A stretch of DNA of 64,000 nt from Epiperipatus broadwayi (GCA_028023455.1 JAQFVV010000001.1:5642001-5706000); one strand, 5' to 3'; shown: positions 12,901-26,869, numbered from the stretch's first letter. Numbers and translations are program-made. The notes: generated by a model not told the origin, from the sequence alone.

Positions 12901-13300
12901 TTTTTTTACTATATAGTTTTAATTTTTCTGTCATTTTCTCATTTTTTTTACTGATAAATTTTGTATCATTCTATTACAATCCCCAATTCATTGCATATCT
13001 AATATTCTACTGAAATGTCCATCACAATTGTTGTCTATGTACATTATAAGGTAATTTCCATTTAATTCTTTTGCATACTTATCTTCCTTATTTAATTTGT
13101 CTGAGATCTCTTTCAATTATCTAATTAAAAATTATTTTTTATAAATTGAAACTATACATTTTTAGTTTGGTCTTAGCTTTTCTTATAAGAAATGATGATC
13201 TTTTTCATCTTGTATAGCTTTATCAGCTATCCAAGTGTCTCTTCCAAGTGCATATCTTAAATATATAAAAGATTACCCAGTGAACAAAAACAAATGTTAT
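9980..13300 (-). mobile_element. Highly degenerate non-LTR retrotransposon (LINE) remnant, interrupted at ~11757-11975
   Basis: Purine-rich minus strand with broken reading frames resembling LINE EN/RT segments; no long ORF. Boundaries approximate. Confidence 0.4.
11757..11975. repeat. Inverted (tail-out) pair of the hammerhead-bearing repeat family
   Basis: 11757-11845 is the minus-oriented 3' end of the unit. 11840-11975 is a plus-oriented part starting CAAGCTAGAAACTAGCCTGGGGATATTGG and matching 51302-51430. Confidence 0.8.
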
Positions 13301-15311
13301 ATGAAAATTCTATTTTAGTCAACTATTGAGAAGTTAAAATAAGATACAGGTATAAATTATATACTAATACTTTTAATAAATTCATAAATAATCAATAACT
13401 ATTAAATATGTAACACTAAGAATATATAATTTTATGAAGAAGATAGTTCCAATACACATTAGTTGTTTATCTAACTTACTAGTTTAGCAAATTTAGTCCA
13501 TTTTTGTCTAACTAATAAATTAGCATAGACAAGGGAAAGTGTACATTATTTACAAGTTTGTTAAAATGATTTTACCGAGATGACTTGTGAATTATTACTA
13601 CGGCTTGTATATTGGAGTAAGTTTCTCCATAATATATATATTCAGGTAATAATTAAGATAAAATTTTAATTAAAATGTAGTCAGTTAATAGTCAATTAAA
13701 ATCAGTAATAATAGCTAAAATAACCCTACCTAGTATAGATAGTATTTGTCAGAAATTGCATGAAAATACTTAATGTAAATATACATAATTTATTGTTGAG
13801 TTTAAACTACAGCCTGCCTAAGTTGGAAAATAATTAAACAATTTTTTATATATGAGGATAAACTGCATATAAATAGTATCCAAATGATTATTTCGAGCTA
13901 TCTTGTCAGTTATTATGTTAGCTCATTACAAACTGGTTTTTGGTTAAAATAAATGCATGTTGCCTTGCGAGTTGATGTTTTATTAAAAGCTAAGTATTAT
14001 TTTTGATATAAGAAATTTTTTTTTTGTTTGTATTCTCTATATTATTATTTTTCTTTATTTTTAGTCATTCTACATTGATCACATGAGTCTTCATGACATC
14101 ACTGGTCTCTGCATTAATAGCAATAAAGGGATTATATTTTTGAAACTAAATAAAATGTTCATTCTTTAAATTACATTATAGAATTTAAGTTTTTGTTATA
14201 TGGAAGTCTACTAAGTATATATATAAGAAAATAGAATTACTTGTCTACACAGCTGTTTTTTTTTAATATTTCAACCAAAGGATCGCTTATAGATATATAT
14301 TATACACATTCCAATTGAGCCTTGTGACTCCATTGTATTAGTGTGATGCATAAAACAGAAAAAAACAACAATCATCACATTTTTTTTTGTAGGAGGGGGC
14401 AGCTGTAGGGTATCGAGTTCAAACCCTACATAACCAATTCCCAAAGACCTCAGAAGGAAAGTGGGAGAAATATTTTTCTTCCATCCAACTAATTTTGTTA
14501 GTAAAAGAGGGTAGTATTTATATCATTGAATAGTTTGATAGTTGTATTTAAGAATTAAAGATATTAAGCATAGATAAATAAGTCTGTAGACATAAATTAC
14601 ATACAGTATTATTTTTTCTAAGTTTTCTCATTAACTTTTGTATTTAATTTATATCTCATGAATTATAATATTCTTTCTTTAATAATGCTTTATTTTGAAT
14701 ACTTTGTCATTACTAGTTTATTCTATAACTTTGATACTAATAATATTAATAATCTGTAGCTTTCACATCATTTAGATTGTTTTGATAGGCAAGTTTCAGA
14801 TATGAGGAGAGATATATATGCATGTATGTGTGTACAAGCATTAAAATTTTAAACATTTACAAATATATTATAAAAAGTTTTATTTAAATAATTTTGTATC
14901 TTCTATCTAAAATGATGCTTTTGTTCTTATATATTCTTTAAGTTCAATTTGTCTTATTTTATTTGAGAGTTAATTAAGAAAGGTTTCACTCTAAGGTCAA
15001 AGTTGAGAGAGAAGATGGAGTCGATGTTGACTTAAATTTTATGTGTGAAATTTGGGGGAATAAAAACAAAGACTCATTAATAAGATATTAAAATTACAGA
15101 GAAACACCAGATCATTTGGACCGCAGCTGCACTGATAGGTTATAATTTATGGATAACTGGATGATTCAGTTACAACATGTGTGTAATGCCCTCAAAAGGC
15201 CAACACACATATAAAGTCACAAAACTAAGACAGTTTTTGGGCAGAGCAGAGCAGAATAAATCTTATTACCCCTTAGCTTCATTATTATTATTTTTTTTGA
15301 TTGAAAGATTT

Positions 15312-15400
15312 GGTACTGTTTCATTAGTGTGTTGAACCACCTGATGACATTGTTTCTAGGAAAACGCACATAAATATAATGTTACCGGGCCCACCACCTT
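15312..15400 (+). mobile_element. Isolated terminus of a Merlin-like TIR element related to 52703-54365
   Basis: Starts GGTA. CATTG falls at position 37, the same register as in the 54365 TIR, and AATATAATGTTACCGGGCC is identical to the reverse complement of ~54286-54304. The partner end was not found. Confidence 0.55.
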
Positions 15401-15989
15401 ATTTGTGAAACAATAATAAAAATAATAGTATGGGTTAATGTAATTCATTTGCTTTCCTTAATAAATTACTGTAATTTTTTTTTGCAATTTCTTTTTGTCT
15501 CTGGATATAACTACAAGAAATTTTTTACACTCAGACATTTTATCATATGGGTTAATGTAATTCATTGATTGATTTCTTTAATAAATTACTGTTAATTTAT
15601 TCAATTAACAATGTTAAATTTAAACCTTTAACAAGTGCCTACAGATTTCATCTTAGTCCTGCAATATAGTAGGGGGAGGAGATAGTATGCCTTTTCACAT
15701 CCGCAAGAATTAAAACTTATCAATTAACAGACGTTATTGCAAATATTCTATTCTAGTAGAATTCCCCATGTACGCCAATGGTTTGCACTGGGAAATCCCC
15801 CCCCCCCTGCAAACTTTAAAAAGTCTACCAAGTGTATAGCAATAATAAGACAAAATTGAAGTAGCAATAAATAAACCTAAAATTAAAAGAGGCAGATTAA
15901 AATTAAAGATAAAAATAAAGCAGTGTCCAATACAATGATAAGTAAAAATTAAATAAAATATTACAAAAAAGCAATAATTTTCTAGAACT

Positions 15990-17430
15990 ATCAATAGTTT
16001 AAGAAATGGAAAAACAAAAATAGCAAACAGTGCAAAAAAATCAAGGAAGCAGTAAAAAATGTCAGATAATTAGAGAAAAAAAAAACCCCCAACGTCAATT
16101 AAATGAAATAATTAGGATTGTGATAAAGAAGCTCTAGAAAAAAAAAAGAAAGAATTAAAGTAGAATTTAAAAAGACTCTTCAGAAATATTAGTCAAGGAA
16201 ATTAGATGTCCAAAAAATGGATATATAAATATATAAAAATACCCTAGAAAATAGCAAGATCAAGAACTGAGCAGTGATAAAGTAGATAAAAAATGAAATA
16301 AAAACCAAATATTATAAAATTATGGAGAAAATATAAATTAAAGCAGGGTAGAGAGGAATAAGATGCAAAAATTAAAAAAACAACAACAACAAAAAAAACA
16401 ACAACAAACAAGCCAATGCAGAAAAAGAATAAAAAAGAATTATAAAAAATGTGAATCTAGATAAAGAAGACATTACAATACATAAAAACATCAAGAAGCC
16501 AACAAAAATGGACAAAAATATGAAAACTATGGCAGAGAAAATAAAACAGAAATCAAAGAAGTGAAAAATCAAACAAAAAATGGAACCCTAACTAGTGATA
16601 AGAATCATGAATGAAGAAATATACAAGATAGCATCAAGATAATCCAGAAGAAAATGAATGATACAATCTGGAAAATAAAAATAGATTGAATAAAAAAATT
16701 AGCTGTGAATTGAATCATGGTGGGAGAAAATACAGCATATACACACTAACAATGGAGAAATGGATTCAGTAAAAAAAAAAAAAAGTTATGAAAATAGAAA
16801 TAGTAAAGATAAAAGTTTTTAGGAAAGATGGAAAAATCCCCATGGAAGATTAAGTTGCCTGGAGAATTATTTGCACTTGAATCAAATACGAAAGTGAAAA
16901 TTGTCTATAATATTTCCAGAGAAAATCTAAAAAATGATGAAACCCCTTGATGAGAAAATCCAACTATTCTTCCAATACAAAGAAGTAATTTTGAGCAGGT
17001 TTCACACAGAAGAGTAGCAGCTTGATATTTTAAGAAAAATATAAAATTGGAAAGAGAGTTAATTGCAGCTTTTCATATAACAGCTTTTAGATTACAGAGT
17101 GTACTTTGTTTAACAAATTATTAGAATAATTCAACATAACTTGCTTAGCAAGAGTTAAGAAAATGATTATTAGAATAGATAGACAAACTACTTAATAAAT
17201 TTCTAAATAGTTAAATGTGATTGGTGAAAGCACACAGATGCAAAAAAGACAGAAAAAAAAAGAAAATCCAAGTATAATAATTTCCAAAACAAGCCATCTT
17301 ATAAAAAAATTGTCAAAATTATGCTAATGCATCACTCCAAAGAATAGATATAACGATTGCTAAGAAAAAAAACTACAATGGTGTATAGATTTTGTTAATA
17401 GAACTATTGAAATTAGACAGGTAAATTTTT
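15990..17430 (+). mobile_element. Degenerate LINE RT remnant
   Basis: A-rich plus strand with broken RT-like motifs (region equivalent to KP…NYRPISLL…FEK and LYADD). No intact ORF. Confidence 0.4.
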
Positions 17431-18815
17431 TGAGTAATAATTATACTACTTTTAATGTTCATTCACTTCTACAATTTCAATTATTAAAAAAAAAAATTTA
17501 ATTTCCCTTGGTTATATAATAATTTTAATGTTTTCTTGTATTAAATCTGTATATAGATCAAATACGCTCATGGAACAAACATATGTTTATATAGGCGGCT
17601 TTAATCATTCATTTCAAAAAAGTTAGTTTATTGTTATTTAAACTTTTTTTTTTAAAAAACTATTATTTTAAAAATTTATAAAACGACTGTTCTTTCCTAA
17701 AAAAAAGTTAAGAAAAATTATATTTTTATTATCCTTTATGCTACTTATATTCTGGTATATAGAAGCAGTGCTTCAAGCTGTGGCTATTAATTAATTGATG
17801 TAATCATCATATTATCATCAAGTGATGCTCTTTCATAATTTTATTGATTTCATCATAATATATATATGATGGGGAAGTTTTAGAATTTATATATTGTGAA
17901 AATTAGAAAATATAATGTTTGACAGATGGCAGAGTTATGAAGAAAACTATAATAAGTAAAAGATGGTAAGAAAAAAAGATAAAATTAATTGATGATCTTA
18001 AAACAAAAATTTAGATAAAAGTATAAAAAAACAAACCAAGAGAGTAAAACTAGTGGAAGAGTAAAACACAGAACATGTATTTTGATAGATGGCTAATGAA
18101 AATGATTTCTTTAACATAGAAGTCTCATTATTTACATGGAATTTTGAATAGACCCTAACTTATCTAAAATTTGTTAATAGTAATTCAGTAATAATTGTAT
18201 GGCCAGTTGCTTAAATGAATGATGTTTAAACACCAAAATGCACAGATTGAGCACTACATTTCCCTTCAGACAACTAATTGAATCTTAAGTTCCTGAGTAT
18301 TTCTTAAATTTCATCTAAAAGAGATAAAAAAATAAATAAAGTTATACAAATTGAGCATGCTATTTGCAATAAGTACAATTTGATTCTCACAATTATTATT
18401 TAAATTCATATCTAAATACAATTTTTAGAAGTAAACAAAAGCATTAACACTGTGAAACTTAATATTGTTTATAATACAATGGGAAATATCACAATTCTTA
18501 ATTTGATATATTATTTCATGCTGTAAATTCATAATTTATATATATATTTCAGTGTCACATCAAGAAAATATGATGTTGTGGAAGAAAGATTTTAACGCTT
18601 TAATATTTGGAAAATTATAAAAATAATAAATATTCATTAAAAATATAACAGTAATAATTTATTTAATTTACAAAAAAGTTTTAATTTAATATTTAAGCAA
18701 CATGATTATTGTAGGAACTTTTTAACTTTTAAAAAAATTACAAATAGTATTAAAAATTACACTAAAGACATATGAAAAATTAATACAAAATAATTTATTT
18801 AAAATTGAGCTCAAA

Positions 18816-18997
18816 TTATTTTTTGTCACTCTTTGCCGCATAAATTACACATAAACAACAAGAACACAACCCCCAAAATGCAACAATAACATATGAGAGA
18901 GTGATAAACCAGAAAGCAAAATCATAAGCTATTTTGTGACAGTAGTTTTCTGCATAAGATGAAGTGACAGACTTTGTCCTGTATACCCACACAGTCC
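18816..18997 (-). CDS. TMEM272: TMEM272-like membrane protein, terminal coding exon
   Basis: Acceptor TTTTTTACAG| at 19000-18998. Phase 1: (G)GG ACT GTG TGG gives GTVWVYRTKSVTSSYAENYCHKIAYDFAFWFITLSYVIVAFWGLCSCCLCVIYAAKSDKK*, with TAA at 18816-18818. The G.VWVY…C….Y.FAFW.IT..Y…CC pattern is characteristic of TMEM272-like proteins. Confidence 0.85.
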
Positions 18998-19660
18998 CTG
19001 TAAAAAAATAAAAATAAAATAAGAAATACATGTCAATATATGCATTGAATACATACATATACACATATATTACCTATCATAAATCTCATTGCACTGTCAG
19101 AAAACTTACAGCTGCTTTCACTATTTAATATTATCAATCACTAAATTTACATTTATTAAGTGAAGTCTGAGTTATTTTAATTTTCATACTTTTCCAATGA
19201 AAAGCAAACTTATTTAATACCCACATTTTAAAACTTTTGCATCCCTGACACAAAATAATTTTCCACAGCCTCTTTATTACTGAATAAAACTATTTAATAC
19301 TTGAACAAATAGTAATCAATGGATAATAAGATAAAACAAATATAAATTCCTTGATTGCAAATTCTGTAACTAAAGCAATCGTTATGTCATTTGTGCGATA
19401 TGTATTTAAGTGTTATTGTAGAGTTACATTGACATGCTTCCATAGACTAATGCTAATGTCATACTGTGTAATTGGATGCACAATTTTTTTAATTCTTGTC
19501 AGTAAGCATTTTTTGTTATTTCTTTCTTTTCAAATAAAAAAAAAAGTAATGAATATTATTATCAATTCATCCATTGACTACAACCTTTTATAATTAAAAC
19601 TTGGGTAAAGCCAATAAACATCACATTACTACCTCCTCTTATGCTTGTGTATAACTGTTG

Positions 19661-19768
19661 TTAAAACAGGCAAAACTCATTATATATATTGCCACACACA
19701 GCAAGCTAGAGTAATCAATGGATCTTGCTGTGTTTGGCAATATATATAGTGAGTTTTGCCTGTTTTAA
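19661..19768. repeat. Near-perfect foldback hairpin (45-bp arms, 18-nt loop) derived from the hammerhead-bearing family
   Basis: 19661-19705 is the reverse complement of 19724-19768 at 43/45 positions. The sequence is homologous to the family's 3' part (GGCAAAACT…GCAAG..AGAGTAATCAATGGAT). Confidence 0.9.
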
Positions 19769-20169
19769 AACTTGGGTACTGGAAATTGCTTTAGAACTTT
19801 TATTACAATCAAGATGCTGACCAGATCAGTTTTATTTGTCATATACTATTTACTTTTCACCATAAATTAACCAAAAAAAATGTCAATTACCATATCTGAA
19901 AATGATGATTTTTTTTCTTATTTTTAATCTAGCTAATATTGTCAAATTGGAATACAGCCTCCTAACTTTTTGGATTAATTCTGAAACCAATTTGGCAAAA
20001 GTTTTCTTTAATTAATATCATCAATTGGTCATTAGATTTCTATTACAATTGGTTTGAAGCTAATGATGTATTGTACATTTAGAAGTAATTCTTTAATCTC
20101 ATGGTAAGTGTTATGCATAGCTTGAGAAATAGAAAGTTTAACATAAATATAATGTATAATTTTTCTTTA

Positions 20170-20610
20170 TTTTCATTACTAGGTAATGTGAAGTTGTTTA
20201 CTGAAAAAAAAAATGAATAGAACATTATTTAACCGTTCAGAAGAAATACACAATTTAACAAATGAATTATTTATTTTAATATGAATATATAAAGAAGAGA
20301 TCAAAAACAAAATATCTGGGTGAAAGAGCAAACAGGTAATACTGACATCATTGAAAGAATTGAGACTGAAGTGGGATTGGGTGGGATATATTGCTATAAG
20401 AGATAATATACAGTTGAAATCTTTCACTAGATTCCAACAGATTGTAGAAGACCTAGGAAGAAATCATATGAGAAATTGATGGATGAAATAAGGAAGTGTG
20501 CTGAGGCGATGTGGAGAAGATAGGCTAAAGCATCAGTGAAGATGGATTGAACTTGAAGAATGTTCATCCTGCAATGGATTGATAATGGTTGAAAATGATG
20601 ATGATAATAT
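20170..20610 (+). mobile_element. RTE-clade LINE 3' fragment
   Basis: Degenerate LK(W)DWVGYIA…RRP(R)GR…WMDEI coding remnant ending TGGATTGATAATGGTTGAAAATGATGATGAT, matching the other RTE 3' ends at ~26870 (minus), ~32200 and ~39100. Confidence 0.75.
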
Positions 20611-21624
20611 AAAATGAATGAATATTTAAAATTGATTATTATTTCTTGAACAATGCAACATAGATATATAGAATTGCTAATTCATTTGTGTTTGAATGTA
20701 AATATATACAAGTTGAATATCAATAACCCAGATTCCTACCGTTTAGCAACTTCTACCATTCAGAAAAAATATAAGGCGGGAGGGGGGTAGAATTGCCAGA
20801 AATTTAGATTTTATTATATATAGTAGGAATTATGATTTATCCCAATAAATCTTGAATATAAACATTTTTAAAAAAGATAAATACAATATAGTAAAAAAAT
20901 AAATATTACAATTTTTTTTAAAAGCACATTTATATAAATTCATGTAAATTAATGTCTAAACTGCCATTTCCTATCCTTTTAATAATTTTTATTTATTTAT
21001 TTTTTTCTAAAAGTATTAAAAAAGTTTTCATTTGCTATAGTAAATAGCAAAGTGCAAACTTTTTTCAAAAGTTAAACAGTTTATTTGGGGGCAAAAATAA
21101 ATTTATCGTTAAATCAGTTGACAATATTATTAAATTAATATATAAACATTATTAAAATTTTCAATTTGATCAACATTGGTATATATTAGTATAATAGTAA
21201 AAACATAACAATAGTTTAATTACTATCAAGTAAATAATTCAATTGTCTCTGGTAGGAAAAGCAGCATTACTCACATTAATAAATATAAAACAATTAAAAA
21301 AAAAAAAAAAACATTACATTTGTCAGTTTAATTTCCAGTAGGTTTCAAAAAAACATTTCACAATGGTTTTCTTATTATTTCAAATAAGTATTTCTAAAAA
21401 TAGGAAAAGTATATACTTCATCAAAGAATGTCTTTTCATTACTTAGAGACTTCTGCATAGTTCACACAGTAAATCCATTTATATTTTATTTCCTATTACT
21501 AAAATCAATTTCTTAGCATTGGTTCATTTCTTTTTCTTCTTCTAACCATTTTAATAAAAGCTATTTCATTAGGTAAGTAACCTTTTCTAAACTAAAAAAT
21601 GAAAAATATCGACCTCTTTCTTTC

Positions 21625-24600
21625 TATTTGATATGTATGTTAATGTTTAAATGCATATATATAATTATAAACTTAGAGAAAGAAAAAGTTATAAGTTAAA
21701 TAAATTAAATTAGTAAATAAAAAATTTACAACTTTAAGATTAGAAAAAGATTATTTTCTAAAATGAATAATAATCTAATTAATGAGAGTAGAATAAGTCG
21801 TTAATGAAATGAAACAATTAAAGGAATTCGAGTTAAATTCCCTTTTTAAGATAAATGACAAACTGTAAAAATAACTCATTAATTAAAGTCAGAAAGATAA
21901 TGATGATGTAAATTCTTGTATGGAGATTAAAATGAAGAATCACCTGAGCGGATGGACAGATTACAACCTATCAATTGCAGCGATTAAAACAATGAATGCC
22001 TCAGTATAACAAACTGACACTTAATCATTGGAGCTTCCATGCACATGGACTTATATGTTGGACAGTCTCCCATGACACAGTGACTTCAAGTGTGGAGAGC
22101 TGACCTCCGAATGTGAGAAAAGTCAACTAGGACACTTAAAGATCATATTGATCTTAATTATTATTTGTGTATGCCTTTGGGCCTTATTATGATAATGATT
22201 ATATATATGTAAATAATTAAACGCTATTAAGGATTGTAAGGAAAGAATTACTTAAATATTAATTGTTAGTATTGATTTGTACTCATGGGAAGTACCCTCT
22301 TAAATCAGCTAGACATAGCAATTGGTGCAGTCACAGTCTTAAATCAGATCATTAATTAAAATAATGGTTAAATTTAGGTAAAAGACTAGGCAATGCAAGT
22401 AGCAATCAATGAATTTGATGTCAGTGAGCCAATTAGTTGGCCCCTGTATGTTCAACATGCAGAAAAATACTTATTTATTAACAAAGTTAAAGATGATAAG
22501 TACAAGATTGCTTCATTATTATGCTTTGCTGGAAAAGGAATTATTGAGATAGTCAACAGGCTCACTGAATCTCTAATTCCTGAAGATTGTACCTATGATC
22601 AGGTTAATTAAAGAACGTTTGTCAAACCATTTTAACCCCCAACCCTCGAGGCATGTTGCTAGACTGCAATTCCAAGCAAGGAACCAAGGTTGGGATGAAA
22701 GTATAAAAGATTACGATAGTGCTCTATGTAATTTAGCAAAGGATTGTGTCTATGGATCTTTCCTAAATGAAACCCTGCTAGAACAATTGCTTACTGGTAT
22801 GTGTAACGATAGTTTACACCAACAATTATTGGACATTAGTGATTTAGATTATATAGTAGCTATAAAACATGGGATAGCTTATGAACTCATGCTCGAGCAA
22901 TCTCGAAAATTCGCTGAGTTCAAGAGTTACAGCAAATCGCAAACAGATGTTTGTAAACAGTAAGCAAAGAATTGTCTAAGAATAATGAGAATAGTGCTAA
23001 AAGTAAAAACCTGTTTATATGTTTTTGCAATGGGAAAAAGGGCCACAAAGCTAGCAATTGTTTCTATAAATGAGAATGCTGTAATAATTATAAAAAAAGA
23101 GGGCACATAAAAAAAGGTGTAAAGCAAAACATAACGACCCCAACAAGGAAAATAGGAGTCATAAATATTCATATCAGGGTCAGGCAATTTAGCATATCAA
23201 GATTAAAAAAAGGTCACCTATGATGAGAAAAGTATGTTACAACTAAAGCTGTGCGATCAGACCATATCTATGGAAGTGAATAGTGGTATCATTGATATCA
23301 GTCTGCGATTGGTATACTGTTAAGAAAAGACTCATTATATAAAAAAAACTGACCTAAAGGTGCAAGATATGAATGGTAATGCCATTAGAATAAAGTGCTT
23401 GAAGCACCAATATGTGAAAGTCAGGGAAAAATTACTGTACTACCACTATATGCAGTGTATGCCCCTATCAATCCCATATTAGGACGAGACTAGTTCAGCG
23501 AAATGGAAGTAAAAATAACAATCACAATCACTACAAAAATTAATAGCCATGAGAGAAAAAAACTTTCCGAGGGGATTAAGATAAATTTGGGTAAAATAGA
23601 CATACTCAAAGAGGAAAAAACCTTTCCAGCAGCCAGTAATTAACTAAAGCAGGTCAGAGAAGATCCATGATGACCAGAAAAATAAACAAACAAATAACAA
23701 AGACATACTAAAATCAAGAGTAAAAAACAAAGTGGTAGCTCATTGGACAGCCAAGACAGCAGCTATCAATGGATTATGAAGCAGATTCGAGAAGGCTGGC
23801 TGAAACAACATCCCAGTTTCCTTCACAAAAAACTATGGAACACCCAGAAACAACTGACGATATGCAAAGGATGCATTATGAAAGGCGATTGTATGCTAAT
23901 TCCAGTCAAGGGTAGGCAGCACATAGTAAAGTGGTTGCATAATAGTCAGCGAGACATCAGCAGAGCTAAAGCTCTAGCGCTTAGTCATGTCTGGTGGCCA
24001 GATATTAGAGTAGTTCTGAGGAAAAATAAAAATAATTATTGTGATTTTCAAATAACTAAATATCCAGAGAATGCACCTAGTGAGTTGAAACATAATTAAT
24101 AACAGCATGCTAAAAGAAAGTTAAAAAACCCCACATTATTAAGTTTAGAAATTAAAACCTCATCTCTGAACTTGGGGGAAGTAATGATATGTTTGTGAAT
24201 ATTTAAATGCACATGCATATATAATTATAAACTTAGAGAGAGAAAAAGTTATAAGTTAAATAAATTACAGAAGTTTAAAAGACTGATTCTTTTAAAATTA
24301 ATAAGTAAAAGATTTATAACTAAGATTATAAAAAGATTATTTTTTAAAATGAATAATAGTCTAATTAATTAGAGTAGAATAAGTATTTAATGAAATGAAG
24401 CAATTAAAGGAATTCAAATTAGATTCCCTTTGTAAGATAAATGACAAACTATAAAAATAACTCATTAATTAAAGTCAGAAAGATAACGATGTAAATTCTT
24501 GTATGGAGATTAAAATGAAGAAACACCTGAGCGCGGATAAACAGATTACAAACAATCAATTGCAGGGATTAAAACAATAAATGGCTTAGTATAACAAACT

Positions 24601-24910
24601 GACACTTGATCCTTGGAGCTTCATCGGTGTACATGAACATATATGTTGGAGCAGATCGTCTCCAATGGCACAGTGACTTCAAGTATGGAAAGCTGATCTC
24701 CGAACATGAGAACAGTCAGCTAGGACACTTAAAGGTCGTATTGATCTTTATTATTTGTGTATGCCTTCCAATTTTATAATGTAAATGATTATATATATGT
24801 AAATAATTAAATGCTATTAAGGATCATAAGGAAAGAATTACTTAAATATTAACTGTTAGTATTGATTTGTACTCGTGGGAAGTACGCTCTTAAATCAGCT
24901 AGACATAGCA
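21625..24910 (+). mobile_element. Internally deleted Ty3/Gypsy LTR retrotransposon (~3.3 kb, two LTRs)
   Basis: Direct repeats ~21625-22320 and 24181-24910 both end AAATCAGCTAGACATAGCA. PBS-like TGGTGCAG at 22323; PPT TTGGGGGAA at ~24172-24180. Contains gag remnants (22393-22963), broken CCHC knuckles (~23010-23120), a protease-like EVNSG (~23270) and an integrase zinc-binding fragment (23743-24099). Confidence 0.9.
22393..22963 (+). pseudogene. gag: Frameshifted gag remnant
   Basis: ORFs 22393-22611 and 22595-22963 together read as a retrotransposon gag (FDVSEPISWPLYVQ…LLCFAG…HFNPQPSRHVARLQFQARNQGWDESIKDY…LAKDC.YG..L.E.L..QLLTG). Confidence 0.8.
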
Positions 24911-26640
24911 CTCTTAATCTTTGTTTCTCTTAACATTTTACATTCCAAAAAATAAGCACAACTCTCCTTCTCACCTCCACATGAATAACATCTATAGTCC
25001 AAATTCAAATTCTAATTTTGTCTTCTTTCTTTGATATCCCTATTCTGATGTCATGATATGTAAAATGGCTTCTACTTAAAATGACATCTATAATCCAAAT
25101 TTATATTCTAATGTGGCTTCTTTCTTTAATATTCCTATCCTGATGTCAAGATATATAAAATGGTTTCTACTCAAAATGAAATTAGAAATTCCTGTGCACA
25201 ATCCACAACACTTAGTCAAATCAGATACAATAGTCTTTGAAAACATTATGTAACACAAAAATACATCCAATTCATTACTTTTCTATCCCTTCTCAATCTA
25301 CAATTACTCATCATTTTTTCATCACTGATACAATTATTTTTCTTCTATTCAATTTCCAAAAAAGCTGTTTTATTATTTTGAAATCCTGACCTCCTATCCT
25401 CCATTTTAGTCAAAAAGACTTAGGCAAAAAAACAACAACTATCTTTTCACACTCTTAACTTTTATCTTTCTAACATTCTTTATATATTTTATCTTGAATC
25501 TTTATTTCAAAAATAAATTTGCAATACTCTTTCCCATATCATTACAACTACATAATTACAGTCTAAATTCTTATCATGCTTTTGTCTTCTTTCCTTGACA
25601 GTCAAATATCCTGTCTTTGCACAAAACAACCATAAGTTTCCTCTTCTAATGTTATAACAGATCCTTCTATATTTTATTCTTAAGTAACTTTAAACCATTT
25701 TTTAAAAATTTATATTCATTTTATAAATACTATTTTTTTCTTTATCTATTCAATCTTTTCATTCTTTCTAATTACATACCTGTAATAAATCCTCAATTTA
25801 TTTCATTTAATGCTATATAAATATATCTTTTAACTGACAAAATACTTTAGAATTGATATAATAAAAGGTGGGCATTATTTATAATTTTATCTAAATGATA
25901 TTTTGGGAATTTAGTTTGTGAATTATCTTAGAAACAAATTCGAAATTTGCATACATCTGTTCATCTGCATATTGAGAAGGTTTCTTTCTTCCTTATAATC
26001 ATCTAAAGCTGAGTGCATTTTTAGCAAAGTTCACCATAACCATAGCTCTCTTTCATAGAGATCAAATTTTCTATTTATTAATTTTTTTTATTTCTAAAAA
26101 CTTTCTAGGCTTATATGATTTTTTATCTTGTGCAAATACTATGATTAAAAACTAATTTATTTTTATTCATAAATTTTAATCTTTAAAGCATTTTTCATTT
26201 CCCTCATTAAAAATAAAGTCTATCCCATTTTTCATCAAATAGCATTATTTGATGCCCACAATTCATCATACAATGCATATCAACCTACATGATTTTATTT
26301 ATCCTTAAAAATTTCTGAAAGTCTCTGATCAAAATAAAGTGCTTTATTTCCAAATATTACAGCAAATACCATACACTCCTTCTCAAATTATTTTACTTAA
26401 TTCAAATTCTTACATTTTTTATCTTGATTGTAATTCCCAACTGTTCAGAATCCAATTCCTTTTCCCACTTAATACCTATACTCTCCACCAACTACTTCCA
26501 TTTATAATTCTTCATTTTTGCTTTTAATAATATCTTTAATTTTCCCCTCATTGAATTAAATTTTCATATTTCTCCTTATTTCTGCACATTTCTTTAATGC
26601 CAGCTCAAAATATTTTACACTATTAATAAAAAAAAGTTCT
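24911..26640 (-). mobile_element. Degenerate LINE remnant (RT region) with a local ~95-bp tandem duplication
   Basis: Purine-rich minus strand with broken RT-like segments. 25034-25087 is repeated at 25129-25182. Confidence 0.45.
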
Positions 26641-26869
26641 TTTGTGAATTTTAAGTTTTTTTTTTTTTCAAAACTTGATGACAATTTATGTGCATCTAAA
26701 CATTATCTATAACAATAATTTAAAGTTAGCAGAGGAATTTGATTCAAGATTATAGAAGATGGTTCTGGAATAGAATAAAGTGACTGAATTAATATTTCTA
26801 AAGCAGATATTTATTTTGTTTCATAAACTAAAATTATGACAATATTAAATCACCACCATCAAGTTTAAT

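Noticed and set aside
15341-15372. CTGATGA…GAAA as a hammerhead
   Set aside because: No stem II or III pairing; the sequence is part of a Merlin-like TIR.
21613-21624. CTCTT as TSD of the 21625-24910 LTR element
   Set aside because: It matches the 3' flank (24911-24915) but is offset ~7 bp from the apparent 5' LTR start, so it is not accepted as proven.
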